Source of the DNA: Octopus bimaculoides | Lineage: Eukaryota | DNA: 64,000 bases | Direction: 5' to 3' | NCBI RefSeq assembly: GCF_001194135.2 | Contig: NC_068989.1 | Span: forward strand, 74,619,367 to 74,683,366 | Shown: piece after piece, positions 23,310 through 36,634 of the stretch | How the letters are laid out: every line of letters begins with the position of its first letter | Position numbering within the stretch: position 1 is the first letter of the stretch | The notes under the pieces: generated by a model | Told to the model about the DNA's origin: nothing | The model's input: only the letters and a program-made list of their open reading frames with translations | Databases searched by the model: none | Position numbers and translations under genes: made by a program

Positions 23310-24400
23310 TCCCCATAAACCATCTTTTTATGTTTATTCTAAGTTGTAAAGTTTATGTATTTTATTAATTGCCATTTTTATGTTTCAGGTACTATATGTG
23401 ATTGTTTAATCATTCCACGAACAAAAGAAGCCTTGGAATTGTCTGAATTTCACAGCGGCCGTACTGTAGATCATTCTGAAGGTGGATATACTCAGCGTAA
23501 ACTCGCAGAAAATCTTGGGATCCCGATTTCTACAGTTAATTGAGTGATTCTGCAATTCACCAGAGAGTGGAAGGAGTCCACATCACCTCGCCTGGACCCC
23601 TCTCTTTGTTAAGAGAAGTGTGGAGGATAATCCTCGTGTGAGGCCTCTGACATAGTAGAACAAATTAATGTCATTCCCAGAAAAGCTGTCATGTATCTTC
23701 ACAAACTTGGTTACTATGGCAGAGCACAGGCCACTTCTTCGACCATCCAACATCATGGGCTAGTGAGATAATGGAGAGGCCATTAACGTTTTGGGCCACT
23801 GCTATATCCTCTCATGAGTCCAGATTTGCTGCATTTCCTGTCAGTGGTCGAGTGTGGGTCTGGAGATATTGTGATTAAGAATTTGATATGAAAAGATTGC
23901 AGCCAACAATGAAACACGGCAGTTATTTTGTGATTGTCTGGGGTGCATTTTGGAGCAATGTCTGATCAAAGTTGGTTCAGTGTGAGGGAATTGTAATCAC
24001 AGATGAATATGTGTCCACATTGCTGAAAGGACTCCTTCCAATCTTCTCCATTGGGGAAATGATTAAAGAAGACTCTTTATTTATGAAATACGGGGCTCCT
24101 TGTCACACGGCTAAAATGACCCAAGATTTATTGGATGAGAATAGCATTAAAAAGCTTCCATGGCCAAGCCAGTCACCCGATATGAAGCCGACTGAACACC
24201 TCTGGGACATAATGGACAGGACACTTTATAAAATGAACAAGAAAGCATCTTCAAAGCCAGATCTTTTGAGATTACTGCATGAAACTTGGTAAGAAATTCC
24301 ACAAGAGAATTTTCGTCATCTGGTCAGTAACATGCCTAATAGGCTCCTTGCATTGAAACATGCAAAGGGAATGTCTACCAGATATTAAATATTCTCCTTA
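23310..24400 (+). mobile_element. Defective Tc1 (DD34E) transposon
   Basis: HTH remnant ELSEFHSGRTVDHSEGGYTQRKLAENLGIPISTV. Catalytic remnant FMKYGAPCHTAK...WPSQSPDMKPTEHLW with 34-residue spacing and D mutated to Y. Boundaries approximate. Confidence 0.85.
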
Positions 24401-24457
24401 TAACAATTAATCAATAATTTGAATGTATATCTATTTACCTCTGTCATCTCTGTATAT

Positions 24458-24459
24458 AT

Positions 24460-24550
<91 letters not shown>

Positions 24551-24603
24551 CGTGCGTGTGTGTGTGTGCATGTGAGTGTGTGTGTGTATGAGTGCGTGTG
24601 TTT

Positions 24604-24630
<27 letters not shown>
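24458..24630. repeat. (TG)n microsatellite
   Basis: Direct reading. Confidence 0.95.
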
Positions 24631-24634
<4 letters not shown>

Positions 24635-25318
24635 ATTTATATGTATGTATAAATCCAAGAAAGTTAGGGGTTGTGAATCCAACCCACTAAGAGATATCTA
24701 TCCAACATACTGCTGGAAGAATACCCAAATATTATTACACTAGTGTTTTTTCATTGCATTACCATGTGCAATAAATGGGTGCGGGTAAAAAGATATTTTA
24801 CCATTAATTTATATAGCAATAAGAAAATGGAGGGGAACAGGTGGTATTCATCAACTTGCAGACATTGTATTGCGTCAATTTACTTGTTTATTTGTTTACT
24901 AAAAGGACAATAATAACAATGTAGAAACACATATGACATATTATGTCATATCAGTAATTAAAAAATGACACGTAGTGACAGAAAATGGGATAATGACTTA
25001 CAGCTGTTTCAGTCTAGGGTTATATGCATCATTCTATTTATATCACTCCAGTAGACTGAAGTAATTAATAGATGAAATAGAGGTACATGGATGATTCTCT
25101 AGGCCTCTTCAGAGATTTTATAAAGTTCATAAGGTTAAGTTAAAAATATCCACATATAAAAATATAAAAACCGTAAAAACCCACATATATATGCATACTT
25201 TAACAGATACATACATATACATAAATAAGCATAAATAGATAAATACATATATGTACATTTAAATGTACATACACAAATGTCCATACATGCACACAAATGA
25301 ATCAATTATATATATATA

Positions 25319-26133
25319 CGAGGTGTAGTCAAAAAGTATCGGACTTTGATTTTTTTGCACAGAATAATAATGCGTAAGCAAAATCTGCATGGGTGTTAGG
25401 TGACTGTGTCACTCCTGAGCATGCAAAAACGTTTTGTGTCTGTAGGTTGCGCCATTCTCCCGAAGGGAAACGTTTTGTAAAGACGTGAAGAGTGTGCTGC
25501 GAATTTTCTTCTTGGGTCAAGATGACCGATCGCATTGTGCAAAGATTCTGTATTAAATTCTGCCAAAATCTTGGTGATACGCAAGCCCAAACTATCGAGA
25601 AGATTCAGAAGGCCTTTGGAGATGACGCTATGGAAAAACACAAATAAAGGAGTGGTACAACCAGTTCAAAGATGGCCGCACCTCAGTTGACAGTGAGCCA
25701 CATTGTGGCAGACCATCGACTAGCAGAAACGTCGAAATGATTCGAGAAATAGCCTATGGAAACTGTCATGTAACAATTTAGGAGATTGTTGCCGAAGTTG
25801 GAATCAGGCAAGAGTCTGTTCAGTCAGTTCATTCCGCTCATGTGATCCAAGCATATCTCGTCAAGATTTGGCTCCGTGTGACTGTTGGCCATTCCCAAAG
25901 CTCAGAAAAACACTCAAAGTGAGAAGATTTGAGTAACAGAGGACATTAAGCAAAACTCGAAGGCACAACTCTATAGCATCCCAAAAAGTGATTTCCAGAA
26001 ATGTTTCCAAGAGTGGCAGGAACGCTGGCAGAAGTGTGTAGACTCCCAAGGTGAATACTCTCAAGGAGACTAAATCAAAATGAGAAATTTTTAAATATTA
26101 CTTGCTTTTTTTTTACTTTATGACAACACCTCG
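25319..26133 (+). mobile_element. Mariner element with both TIRs, internally deleted
   Basis: TA|CGAGGTGTAGTCAAAAAGTA ... TACTTTATGACAACACCTCG|TA. Remnants QRFCIKFCQNLG..WYNQFKDGRTSVDSEPHCGRPSTS and DLAPCDCWPFPKL. Confidence 0.87.
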
Positions 26134-26162
26134 TATATATATATATATATATATATAAATGC

Positions 26163-26254
<92 letters not shown>

Positions 26255-28188
26255 CTTTCTCTTCTTTTATTTACCCTCCATATGGTCCTTGAAAGCGTGT
26301 AGTATAGGAAAAAGCAGAGACACGACAATGTAAAACCGCCATCTGTGCATTAGTGAGAAATTTACATTTATAAGTATATGTATGGTGATATATATTCTAA
26401 CATTACTCGAGTTAATATGCATACTGAACTTGAATAGAATGTGAGATATTTATGAAAATAGAATAAAACACAAATTTAGCAATATTTGAAAATATATCCT
26501 TATCCATTTTGTCACTGAAATTAAAATCATGATTATTATTTCTATATTTTAGTTGCTGTGGTCGCTATTGTTTTTGATCTGGTCCTAATATGTAAACAGC
26601 GAGTGGGTGTTTTTTTTTTCGGGCCTATTTTGCTTCGTGCATCATTTATGTTCTTCTTGAAGTATCTTGTTACCTTCCAGATTATATAACTTTTCCGCCA
26701 AGTCATCTCTCATAAACTTCCAAATAAGTGGTGAACATATTATAGGTCAAAAGTTTGATACCAACTTACCTTTTAACGGCTCCTTGAGACATAACAACGT
26801 TCGTCCACTTGTCATCCGGGTAGGGACATGACCCTGCTAAAAGTTGCTGGCATTCATCCAGTGCACAGTGATCAATTTATGTGAATGTGTAAAGTACTTC
26901 ACCCAATAGCCTTATAATTGATTCCTTTTAAAAAACGAATAACAATTGATCAAGTTATGATACAATGTGTTTTTAATATCATCAAGGCAGTATCTAACGT
27001 GGCAATATACTATTTCCTCCCAGGCATAGCCATTTCAATAAGTCATTAGTTCATATTTTGATAATGGTCGCGTTGTTTTGTCGGTTAATTAGATAACAAT
27101 ATCATAACAATTTCATACTGCTGCAAATACTGGAATAGCCAAAGAACCTTGCCTTATTACCGTAACCCTGGAGCATTACAACTTTCTTAAAATGCATGTC
27201 CAATTATCAAATGTCATGAAATAGCGACCTAGCACAAAGAGCACCTCATATTCGTTACGTTAGAGCAATAAATAAAATATACAAAATTACACATAAAATA
27301 TATTTGCAATTATGAAAAGATGGCCATTCCATAGAGACTGGCATTGAGAAAGAATTGTGTGCTGCAATAACATGATTCTGAAGGTGCATATGGCAACATA
27401 GATTATAAATATTTCTATTGATAAAATTGTGCAAATAACTTCTGTCTTATTTGATGAAAAACATATCATTTATATGATTGTTTGACCTTAACTATTTCCA
27501 GAGATCTGGTGACATTACGAACAATTATATTCTAATTTGTACCAGAAGAGTTAAAAATTAATGTGTAAGATTAACCTGACAAATCCTCAGTGTCTAAATC
27601 CATTTATTCAATGTATTCATATACAATTTGCATGGCAAAAATTTTTTCGAAGACAGCAAAAACGACGCAGCAGTTATGAGTTACACGGACTACAACCAAT
27701 TACTATATGTCAGTATGTTTTATTTCCTTGAATAATATTTCCCTTCCACTTTTAAGAGCACCAAGAAACTTTCAAATACTTTAATACTTTCCCATCACGT
27801 AAGTTACCATGACATCAACTAATTCGTAGTTATTAGTTTGCAACTATTATACTAAATGTTTTTTCTACGTTTGGTATTATAAAATTGAATTATGTTTTCA
27901 GATATATAATGTAAAACACCTTTTATACTTTCTGGAAATGATGTAAAAGTTTGAATCAGTTGACTTGAATTCTAAATCAAAAAACATTCATGCAATAGAT
28001 TTAGAGTTTTTCATGGCATAAAATATATTCTGAATAACTTCATTGCTATTCGAGATCCAGACGTGTTGTTCAAGTTTATGGACAAATCTCCAGAGGGGGG
28101 AACTAACGATTTATAAACATCACTAATAATGAAATTCTAATCCAAAAGTGGTAAGATGAAACAGCTATGATTATCCATATATATATAA

Positions 28189-28368
28189 TCTTTTCTACTC
28201 TAGGCACAAGGCCCGAAATATTTGTGGAGGGGGCCAGTCAATTAGATCGACCCCAGTACGCAACTAGTACTTAATTTATCGACCCCGAAAGGATGAGAGG
28301 CAAAGTCGATCTCGTCGGGATTTGAACTCAGAACGTAAAGGCAAAGGAAATACCGCTATGCATTTCGC
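28189..28368 (-). mobile_element. tRNA-derived SINE (head truncated)
   Basis: Contains ATCGACCCCAGT...TACTTAATTTATCGACCCCGAAAGGATGAGAGGCAAAGTCGA, the revcomp of the central domain of the SINE at 32621. Confidence 0.78.
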
Positions 28369-28369
28369 A

Positions 28370-29289
28370 ATTCACTCTGTTAGAAATTTGGAAACGGCAT
28401 CCTGTACTGCTTGGCATTCGCGCAGGAAGCTCCAACACGAACATTTCATAGTTTTTGGGTGTCAACATTCGGAAGTAGTTGGATGAGTTTAATGGTAAGT
28501 TCTGAGGTACGGTAGCTCGGAAAACTCACTCTGATTGTTTTGATAGGAAAATAACTCTTGAATTTGTTGGTGAGATCCAGTCCATGATTAACAACGATCC
28601 CTCCAACTCAGTCAGGTCCATCGCCAGCGATATGGGAGTTTATTATTAGGCAGGTAGTGCATGAAGACATTTAGTATTCTTCATATAAGATGAGAAAGGG
28701 TCGATTTTTATCCCAAGCCATCAAGGACAATAGGAAAGGCAGAGTTCTGAAGCTTTTAGGCAAACTCAAGCAACCCCTCCAACCGAACATACTTTGGTTT
28801 TTCTCAGACGAGAAAAAATTCTGTCACGATCAGATGGTGAACACACAGAACAACCATTGACTCGCCGTGTCCCCAAGACATATACCGAGAATGATAAAAA
28901 TCAGACATCCAGTTTGGATTGATCACAAGTGATGGTGACGTTAGCCCTCCATTCATCTTCCCACACGACCTCAGTCTTAACACGGAGTACTACATCAAGT
29001 GCCTGGAAGAGGTAGTGCTGCCCTAGGTCAAGAGAGTGGCTGCTGGAAAACCCTGACAACAGGACTCTGCACCATGCCACAAAAGCAGGAGAACTCAATC
29101 ATGGCTGTCAGACAATTTCTATGACCACATCACCCCTTACATCTGGCCACGTAACTCCTCAGACTGCAACCCCCTTGATTATTATGTCTGGAGCACAGTT
29201 GGGTGAGAGACCAACAAAATCCTTATAACACCAAAGATGAACTGAAGGCAATGATTATGGTAGCACTCACCGTCCAGAAGAGTTGCAGG
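28370..29289 (+). mobile_element. Defective DD37D (maT)-type transposase remnant
   Basis: WFFSDEKKF and QQDSAPCHKSRRTQSWLSDNFYDHITPYIWPRNSSDCNPLDYYVW, with exactly 37 residues between the 2nd and 3rd Asp. Confidence 0.87.
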
Positions 29290-32084
29290 ATGTGATGCGC
29301 TGCAGGGCTCTTTCTGTGTGCGCGACAAGTGCGGCATCATTAGCAAAGAAGAAGTTCTGGATCAGTTGCTCTTGAGCCTTGGTGTGGGCCTGCAGGCGCC
29401 GGATTTTGAAAAGACTATCATCCAAACTGCCTGATGGAGACGCCGTCTTCAGCGTCGAGGTCTGCAGTAGCCTGCTTGAGCATCATGCTGAAGAAGATGT
29501 TGAAGAGAGTTGGTGCCAGGATACAGCCCTGATTCACGCCGTAATTGATGAGGAATGGCTCTGAAATGTCACTAGTCAGGCGGACTTGTCTTTGTTGGTC
29601 TTTGTGAAGTTGGGCGATCATTGTTAGGAATTTTATGGGACAGCCAAGTCGGTTTAGGATCTGCCACAGACTTTTCCTGCTCACTATGTCCAACGTTTTC
29701 GTCAGATCGGCAAGTTTTACATAAAGTGGTTTATTTTGCTCCCGACACTTTTCTTGGAGCTGTCTGAGAACGAAAACCATATCTGTTGTGCTCCTGTTGG
29801 CTCTGAAACCACATTGGCTTTCTGGAAGATGGTTTTCGACAATGGACAGAGAAAATTTGTTGAGGAGTAATCTTACTAGAACTTTTCCTGCAGTGGAAAG
29901 TATGGTGGTCCCCTAGTAGTTTGAGCAGTCTGACTTTTCCCCTTTGTTTTTGTACAGTTTAAGGATGACACCATCAGGGAGATCTTGTGGCAGCTTATCC
30001 TATTCCTTGCACGCAACGAGGAGCTCGTGAAGGTTAGCATGACAAGACCCCCATGCTTCCATATCTCATCAACTCCCGCTGCCTTTCTACTCTTCAGCTG
30101 GCCTATGGCAACTTTGGTCTCTTCCAGGATTGGAGGCTCATCTAGCTTCACTCTGACAAGTTGTTGTTGGATGTGGAGGATTTGCGTTTTCCTGGACAAC
30201 TCGCTTCGCACCGAAGAGGGCCTGAAAGTATTCAGACCAGCGGTTGAGGATGGATGCTGTGTCTGTGAAAAGGGCCTGGCCATCTGAGCTGCGCAAGGGA
30301 CTCTGGACTTGATGTGTTGGGCCGTAAACTGCCTTTGGAGCTTCATAGATCGCTCTGTAGTCGTCAGAGTCAGCGCACAGTTGGGTTCACCGTGAGATGT
30401 TGGTCCACCACTCATTCTGAACTTTACGGAGTTTGCGCTACAGAAAGTTAAAGGCAGGACAGTTGTGCCAGATGTGCTTGGTGGGCAGATCTCTTCTTCT
30501 TTAATAATTCCTGGATCGGTACATCGTTTTCGTCAAATCAATCTTTGTTTTTTTTTATTCGTAAAGCCTAGGATTTCTGCAGGTCTGTAGGATGCCAGTT
30601 TTCAGTTGTTCCTATAGGATTTCTGGAAAGTGATCTGAGGGGCAATTGGATTCATCAAGCTTTGATTGTAGTCTTGCCTGGAAGTTTACTTTCACTTTAT
30701 TTAGCTGCACCCCGCTAGTTTTGATCTTCTTGTTGTTAGCCGGTCCTGTCTTTTTTGTTGGTTTGGGCTTGAAGTGAGGATATTGGTGATGACAAGCTGA
30801 TGTTCGGTGTGAAACTCAAGCAAGAGTCGCCCGTTGTCGTTGCAATTCCCAAACTCATGCTTTCCGAGGACTCCTTTCCAGGTATCTGAATCTTCGCCCA
30901 CTCTGAAGTTGAAATCTCCTAGGATTATGACCTTATCGTCGGTGAGAATTCCCTGGAGGAGTCTGCACAGGTTTGAGTAGAACTTGTCCTTGTCTGTTGG
31001 GTCTGCTTGGAGGGTCAGAGTGTAAACGCTGAAGATCATGGCATGCTGCTTGTTTTTCAGAGGGAGGTGCATGGAGATAATGCCGTCAGAATGACCTCCT
31101 GGTAGACTTTCCAGCTTTGAGGTAATGACACCGACACCTGAACGGCATCTTTCTGATGGGGGGGGGGCCTACCTGACCAATATAGGGTGTATCCGGCAGT
31201 ATGTTCTTTCAAGCTGCCTTCCTTTGGGAGCCGGACTTCGCTAAGGGCTGCGATATCAATATCTAGTCTGGACAGTTCATGTACAATGAGAGCAGATCGG
31301 CGTTCTGGGCGCCCTGTGTCGCCTGAGTCAAGAATAGTCCCGACGTTCCGACATGAGATCCTATCCTCAGACCCTTGGCAACATTTCAAGGGTGTGTAGA
31401 GTCTTTCCTTTTTGTAATTGTGCGTATTCGACCGCTTGAAGAAGATGCCCGTTGGCAGTGGTTTCCTAACTGGTGGTGTAGGAGACGAGCCTTCTTTAGG
31501 CCATCTTTTCTAGGCCCCTCTCCATGTGGAGCAAGCAGTGCTCTTCCTAGATAAGGCTGCTTGGTCGTTAGGGATGCTGCCTAGTTATGTTGTCGCCTGC
31601 GTGTCAGCACCAGGCGACCAATGTCCTGAACCGCTTGCATGCAGGCTATGAGCTACGGCTTCCACTAACATCTTTCGTCCCCTTCCCATCGTTACAGGGC
31701 TTGGGGAGTTGTGATTGTGGTTGTGGACGCAGACAGGTCCTTCGACCTGCGCGATGGAGTTTTAAGTGAAGTGCAGTCTGCGCAGAACTTGCCCTGCCCT
31801 TTCATCTGCCGAGGCTCAGTAAGCTGGGGCGATGACAGAGAGATTCTCATGTCGTAGGTTTTATATCGCAGTGTCCTTCTCCTTGATAGGGTGCCGATCA
31901 TGGATAACAAGCCCCATCCCCTTGGAGCGGCCTGATTATACTGCGCCAGACACCCGCAGTCGTCCCCTCCTGTTGGTTTAGATCCAGGTGGTACCACGAG
32001 GAGGTCGAAGTAGGACATAGGGTTTGCGTCACTCTTTGGAAGTTTTAGCTCAGTATAATGCTCTCTCAAGCAGCATCCGGTGAT
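29290..32084 (-). mobile_element. RTE/BovB-like LINE: 5'UTR, AP endonuclease and N-terminal RT; 3' half missing
   Basis: NVGTILDSGDTGRPERRSALIVHELSRLDIDIAALSEVRL and IILGDFNFRVG (endonuclease). MVFVLRQLQEKCREQNKPLY, GVNQGCILAPTLFNIFFSMML and FFANDAALVAHTE (RT, FADD-equivalent). Confidence 0.9.
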
Positions 32085-32107
32085 TACATGCACACACACA
32101 CACACAT

Positions 32108-32142
<35 letters not shown>

Positions 32143-32146
<4 letters not shown>

Positions 32147-34213
32147 GTAACCATTCAGTTACAGAACATGTTACTTACTACAAACATCAGACGAGAATGA
32201 CTAATTATGCAGCATACCTTCTTTGGGAAATCAATCTAACAGATGATGATGAATTAGACAACTATTTTCTATTTGACCGCTGTCCTAGCGACCATTCAAT
32301 TAAAAAACACGTCACTTACTGTGAAACACCGGACGAGAATGACCGATTATACAACATACCCGCTTTGGGAAAACGAACTAAAAGACTTTACAGGAATTTG
32401 TTCTGTGCTCNNNNNNNNNNGAACTAAAAGACTTTACAGGAATTTGTTCTGTGCTCTTTGTAACGGAGAGGAATACATATTATGGACAGTTCACTACAAA
32501 TGTAATCATAAAATGGATATTGATTTATCACTCTTCCTTCACATGTTGAAAAATAATCACTTTAATAAATCCACTAGAGCGCCATTGAACTTTAAAGGTT
32601 GTCAATATCCATATACAGATGAGGGCAGCTGGCAGAATCGTTAGCATGCTGGTTGAAATGCTTAGCGGTATTTCGTCTGCCGTTACGTTCTGAGTCCACC
32701 GAGGTCGACTTTTCCTTTCATCCTTTCGGGGTCGATTAAATAAGTACCAGTTACGCACTGGGGTCGATGTAATCGACTTGATCCCTTTGTCTGTCCTTGT
32801 TTGTCCCCTCTATGTTTAGCCCCTTGTGGGCAATAAAAAAATAGATATCCATATACAGATTATGTTTCAAATTGTCCCTGAAAAGTTACCAATACATCTT
32901 TAGTTTCTTCTTGTATGTTTGAGCAATGGCTAATCTGAGATCAAATGGAACTAATTTTAATAACATTCACTTCGCCATCTGTAATGGTACTGACATTAAT
33001 AATATTGACTGCAACGAAATGATCTCCATAGAAAAGTCATATAGAAAGGTGTATAGCGTAATAGTAATATTTAATTATAATCATAACACAGTAGAAATAT
33101 TAAATGCAAATTACGAAAAAGAATATTTGAACGAATTGTCATCTTGTTCACATGAATTTCTTTACGATGAACCGAAGAATAACTGTCGACAAGTAGACTT
33201 TAGCTTCATCTTAAATTGTACAACTAAAAGCCCAAAAGAAATCCAATATCATTTCACTAATTTTAGATTTCTCTATTTAAATTCTCCTCACACGAAGCAT
33301 AACGAATCAGAATTCATTCGAGATCCTCGAGGCCTAAGTATCTGTGTAAATAATGTTAATGGTAAGACAGTAATTTTTGATATTGTGGCGAACTATATTA
33401 AATTAGTGGGGCTTGCAGACTCTGTTACAGTCTATACCAGAACTTCTTACATTACCAGGTAAATTACTTATAAGACTTTTATCAGCACGTTGTATGGCAT
33501 GTTTCTTATCCCACTGCAAATTACATCGACTTTTCTGTGTAAATCATTAGCTTGTCTGAAGCATTATTTTCCCCTTATGTTTTTCTTTTGGATGAGCGTC
33601 ATAGCATTTAATGCCTACTATACAATCCCAGGTCTTACACCACTTCAAGGTACAGAAAAACATAGAAAGCGACTTATCTATTACTTTTTGTATACTTCTA
33701 TCCGTCCACAAATAATCGTGACAGTGTCACTTCTATTTCAATAAGTCTGGGAATCATGAGCTTTCTCCAGGTTATGGAAAAGGATATTCTTGTTGGATTA
33801 AAAATATAAATATACGATTGTGGTTCATTGTAGTCCGAATAATAATAATTTTAATGCTTAATTTCTTGCCTTTCATTCTTACCACAAGAAATCTCTGTTT
33901 ACTGAGTGAACACTCATCAAAACATCTTGCAGAACATAAAAGTGCGAACTTTAAGGTTTAGATTAAATTAAGTTTTTTAATGGGCTCAAGATAGACATTT
34001 ACATTTACTCCGTTGCGTGAAATATATGTAATACATTTTACAACGAGTACATAAATCGCTATATCGGTTTAATAATCAATATATCACTTTTATCAACAAA
34101 ACTTGTTACACAGAATTTTCACCTTAAAATCTATGAAAGCTATTCCAAATAAAATTTGAAAGAGTTTCATATTTCACCAAAATTTGAGAAAACATATTCA
34201 ACAAATGTACATG
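32143..34213 (+). pseudogene. Pseudogene of the same family-B GPCR family (paralogue 3)
   Basis: Collinear homology from DHSVTEHVTY to the C-terminal TNVH. Lacks the signal peptide and SMB region. Has a SINE insertion, an in-frame TGA near 32880, frameshifts and a TM1 deletion. Confidence 0.9.
32621..32844 (+). mobile_element. tRNA-derived SINE with 16-bp target-site duplication
   Basis: TSD ATATCCATATACAGAT at 32605-32620 and 32845-32860. tRNA-like head, central GTCGACTTTTCCTTTCATCCTTTCGGGGTCGATTAAATAAGTACCAG domain and A-rich tail. Confidence 0.9.
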
Positions 34214-35269
34214 ATTATAGTTCTCTGTTATTGCACACTGAAAACTTGTATATAAATTAAATTTTCGGTCTTTAATTAACGCGAGTTGATTTGATACATC
34301 GCTTATTAGTGCAACTAAGTAAATTCAGGTTCTCAATATTCACACAGCAAAACGTAGATCTATATAGAGAACTAATCACTCCGACACATGCAAATATATA
34401 AATGTATCTATATAAGTGTATGTGTACATGTGTATGAATCTTTTATATCAAAAACTGTCAGGCACAAACTTCTCAGCCTTTGATGTTAGTTATGTAACCA
34501 ATCAACCGGCGATATAAGAATTACTAGCAAAACTGGAAAACACATCAATGTTCGGCTGTTGTAGCCCGAAGCCGCCATTTTCTTTGCAGTAACACACCAT
34601 GAATAAAATCAAGCAAAATTTCTAGCTCATCACGTTCACCTACTCTTCATAGAACAAATAATACTCTCTCCAACCAGGAGCTCAATTTTGCACTTCCGTT
34701 TCACAAACAATCCATATTATATAAGCATGTATATATGTGTTTATGCATATTTGCATGCTAACCATTGCACCAGAGTGAGTTATATCTATTTATGTACATA
34801 CGTATGTATGTATGTATTTATATATCTACGTATTTACATTAATTTACTCATATGTGTGTATGTGTACATATTTATGTATGGTTGAGGATGTATGTATATT
34901 TTATGCATAGATACGTGGATAAACATTATCTCCTAGATGTGATTGTGTGGTAGTACGAGCGACAAGACACTATCCATTTCCACTCTTTTACAATATACAA
35001 TTAATCACAACAGAGAAGACATGTTATGTTTTATATTTTATTGAAAATCATAAAACAACAAATGCTATTACGATGTATTTATAAAATGAACGGATGTTTC
35101 TCAGTCGATTTTCTTTGCCAAATGTCTACTATCTTTCCTTAATTTCTTTTTACTATTTTTTCCTTTTCACTTCCTTTCTTTTTTTCTCCCTCCCTTTACT
35201 CATATTTCACTTTTCTTTCCCTTTCCTCCTGCCGTTATTTCTGCTTAATCTTTCCTCTCTTTCCCTCAT

Positions 35270-35306
35270 CCTCTTTCTCTCTCATTCTTTCTCTTTCTTT
35301 CTTTAT

Positions 35307-35393
<87 letters not shown>
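35270..35393. repeat. (CT)n microsatellite in a pyrimidine-rich tract
   Basis: Direct reading. Confidence 0.95.
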
Positions 35394-35397
<4 letters not shown>

Positions 35398-35900
35398 ATC
35401 TCCCATGTCTTTCTTGTTTTCTGCATCTTGGTCTCTTTCATAATGTCTTTAGTTGTTTCCTCCCTCTCTTCATTCTATTCATTTATGTTTCTTTCGCCCT
35501 GTTTCTTGACATTTTACTAACACATTGTCACTTTATATATGTGTGTGTATGGTGTATATCTGTATGTGTGCGTATGTGTGCATATGTGTATTATGTATTT
35601 ATGTATGCATGTATGTACGTAGGTAACAAAAGAACTTCTAAATATGGAAAGTTAGCCGCCTAAAGTATTGAATCCAAGTAATGACTCACATGAACTCAAC
35701 TTTGACGAAGTCATGCTACACAATTCTACAAAGTAATATTTAGTACTTTTGTCGCTTAATTGTCTAAAATCATTTGCCATATATGGTATTATATGTTATA
35801 TTCACTTGTTAAATAGAATAAAACCATAATAAAACCATATTTGGAGTACACATTATTAACTGAGTTAGATGAGTTAAAAATATAGGAAAATCAGTTAATT

Positions 35901-36300
35901 ATGATTTTATTCAACATATCCACACACCCAGCCTTTCTCAGCTTCACACACTTATTGCACCGATCTTTCAGTTTTTCTAAGCCCTGCAAAAGAACTCAGA
36001 AGGTTGGGCCTCCAACCACTTTCGCGATACCCTTTCAGACAGAAATTTTTCAGCTCACCCTCGTAGATATCACAGCACTTGTAATACACTTTAATGCGGT
36101 TCATATAAGCTCCAATATCCTATGCAATGGATCGAACAAATTTTATAATGAATTGTTGGAATCTGGTTGTTTTCTTTGCTTATGAATTTACAAGTTTCCG
36201 TCATCGGAATTCAATGATTCCGTGGGTTTCCTTTGAAGGGTTACCATAGCAATCGCCCTAGTCAGTACCAAATTTGGTGGAGGGATGATTTTTGCACAAA
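35901..36300. mobile_element. Probable non-autonomous mariner-derived fragment
   Basis: ATTTTATTCAACATA...AGCTTCACACACTTATTGCACCGATCTTTCAGTTTTT resembles mariner 3' subterminal sequence. No coding motif confirmed. Confidence 0.4.
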
Positions 36301-36603
36301 TAGATGATGATCTTTCCTTGGCGCGTTCGAAGTAACACTAGGGTCTATAACCATGACATATAATCTCGTACATTGTTTTCTTACACATAAGAGCAATAAA
36401 GGTAGGTTATGGTCGAGTGAAGTCGCCATCCCTGGCCGCTTGGACGACTAGGTGCTTTGTTGGAGTGTCATCAGTATCGAGGAGGTGGCATTTTAGACCG
36501 AGCATGCATCTTCACGTCTGCACCATAACGGGAGCCTATGAGATAGAATCGCTGTATTGTATATTAGAGTAAAAGGAGGTTATCAAGATAACGAAACATA
36601 TAT

Positions 36604-36634
<31 letters not shown>

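Noticed and set aside
27300-27480. Faint resemblance to the missing 5' part of the pseudogene (GCAACATAGATTATA, TCTTATTTGA)
   Set aside because: Matches are too short in AT-rich sequence and the Cys pattern is not recoverable.
32375-32456. 36-nt direct repeat either side of the 10-N gap in the pseudogene
   Set aside because: Identical sequence flanking a minimal gap is the typical sign of an unmerged contig overlap, not a real duplication.
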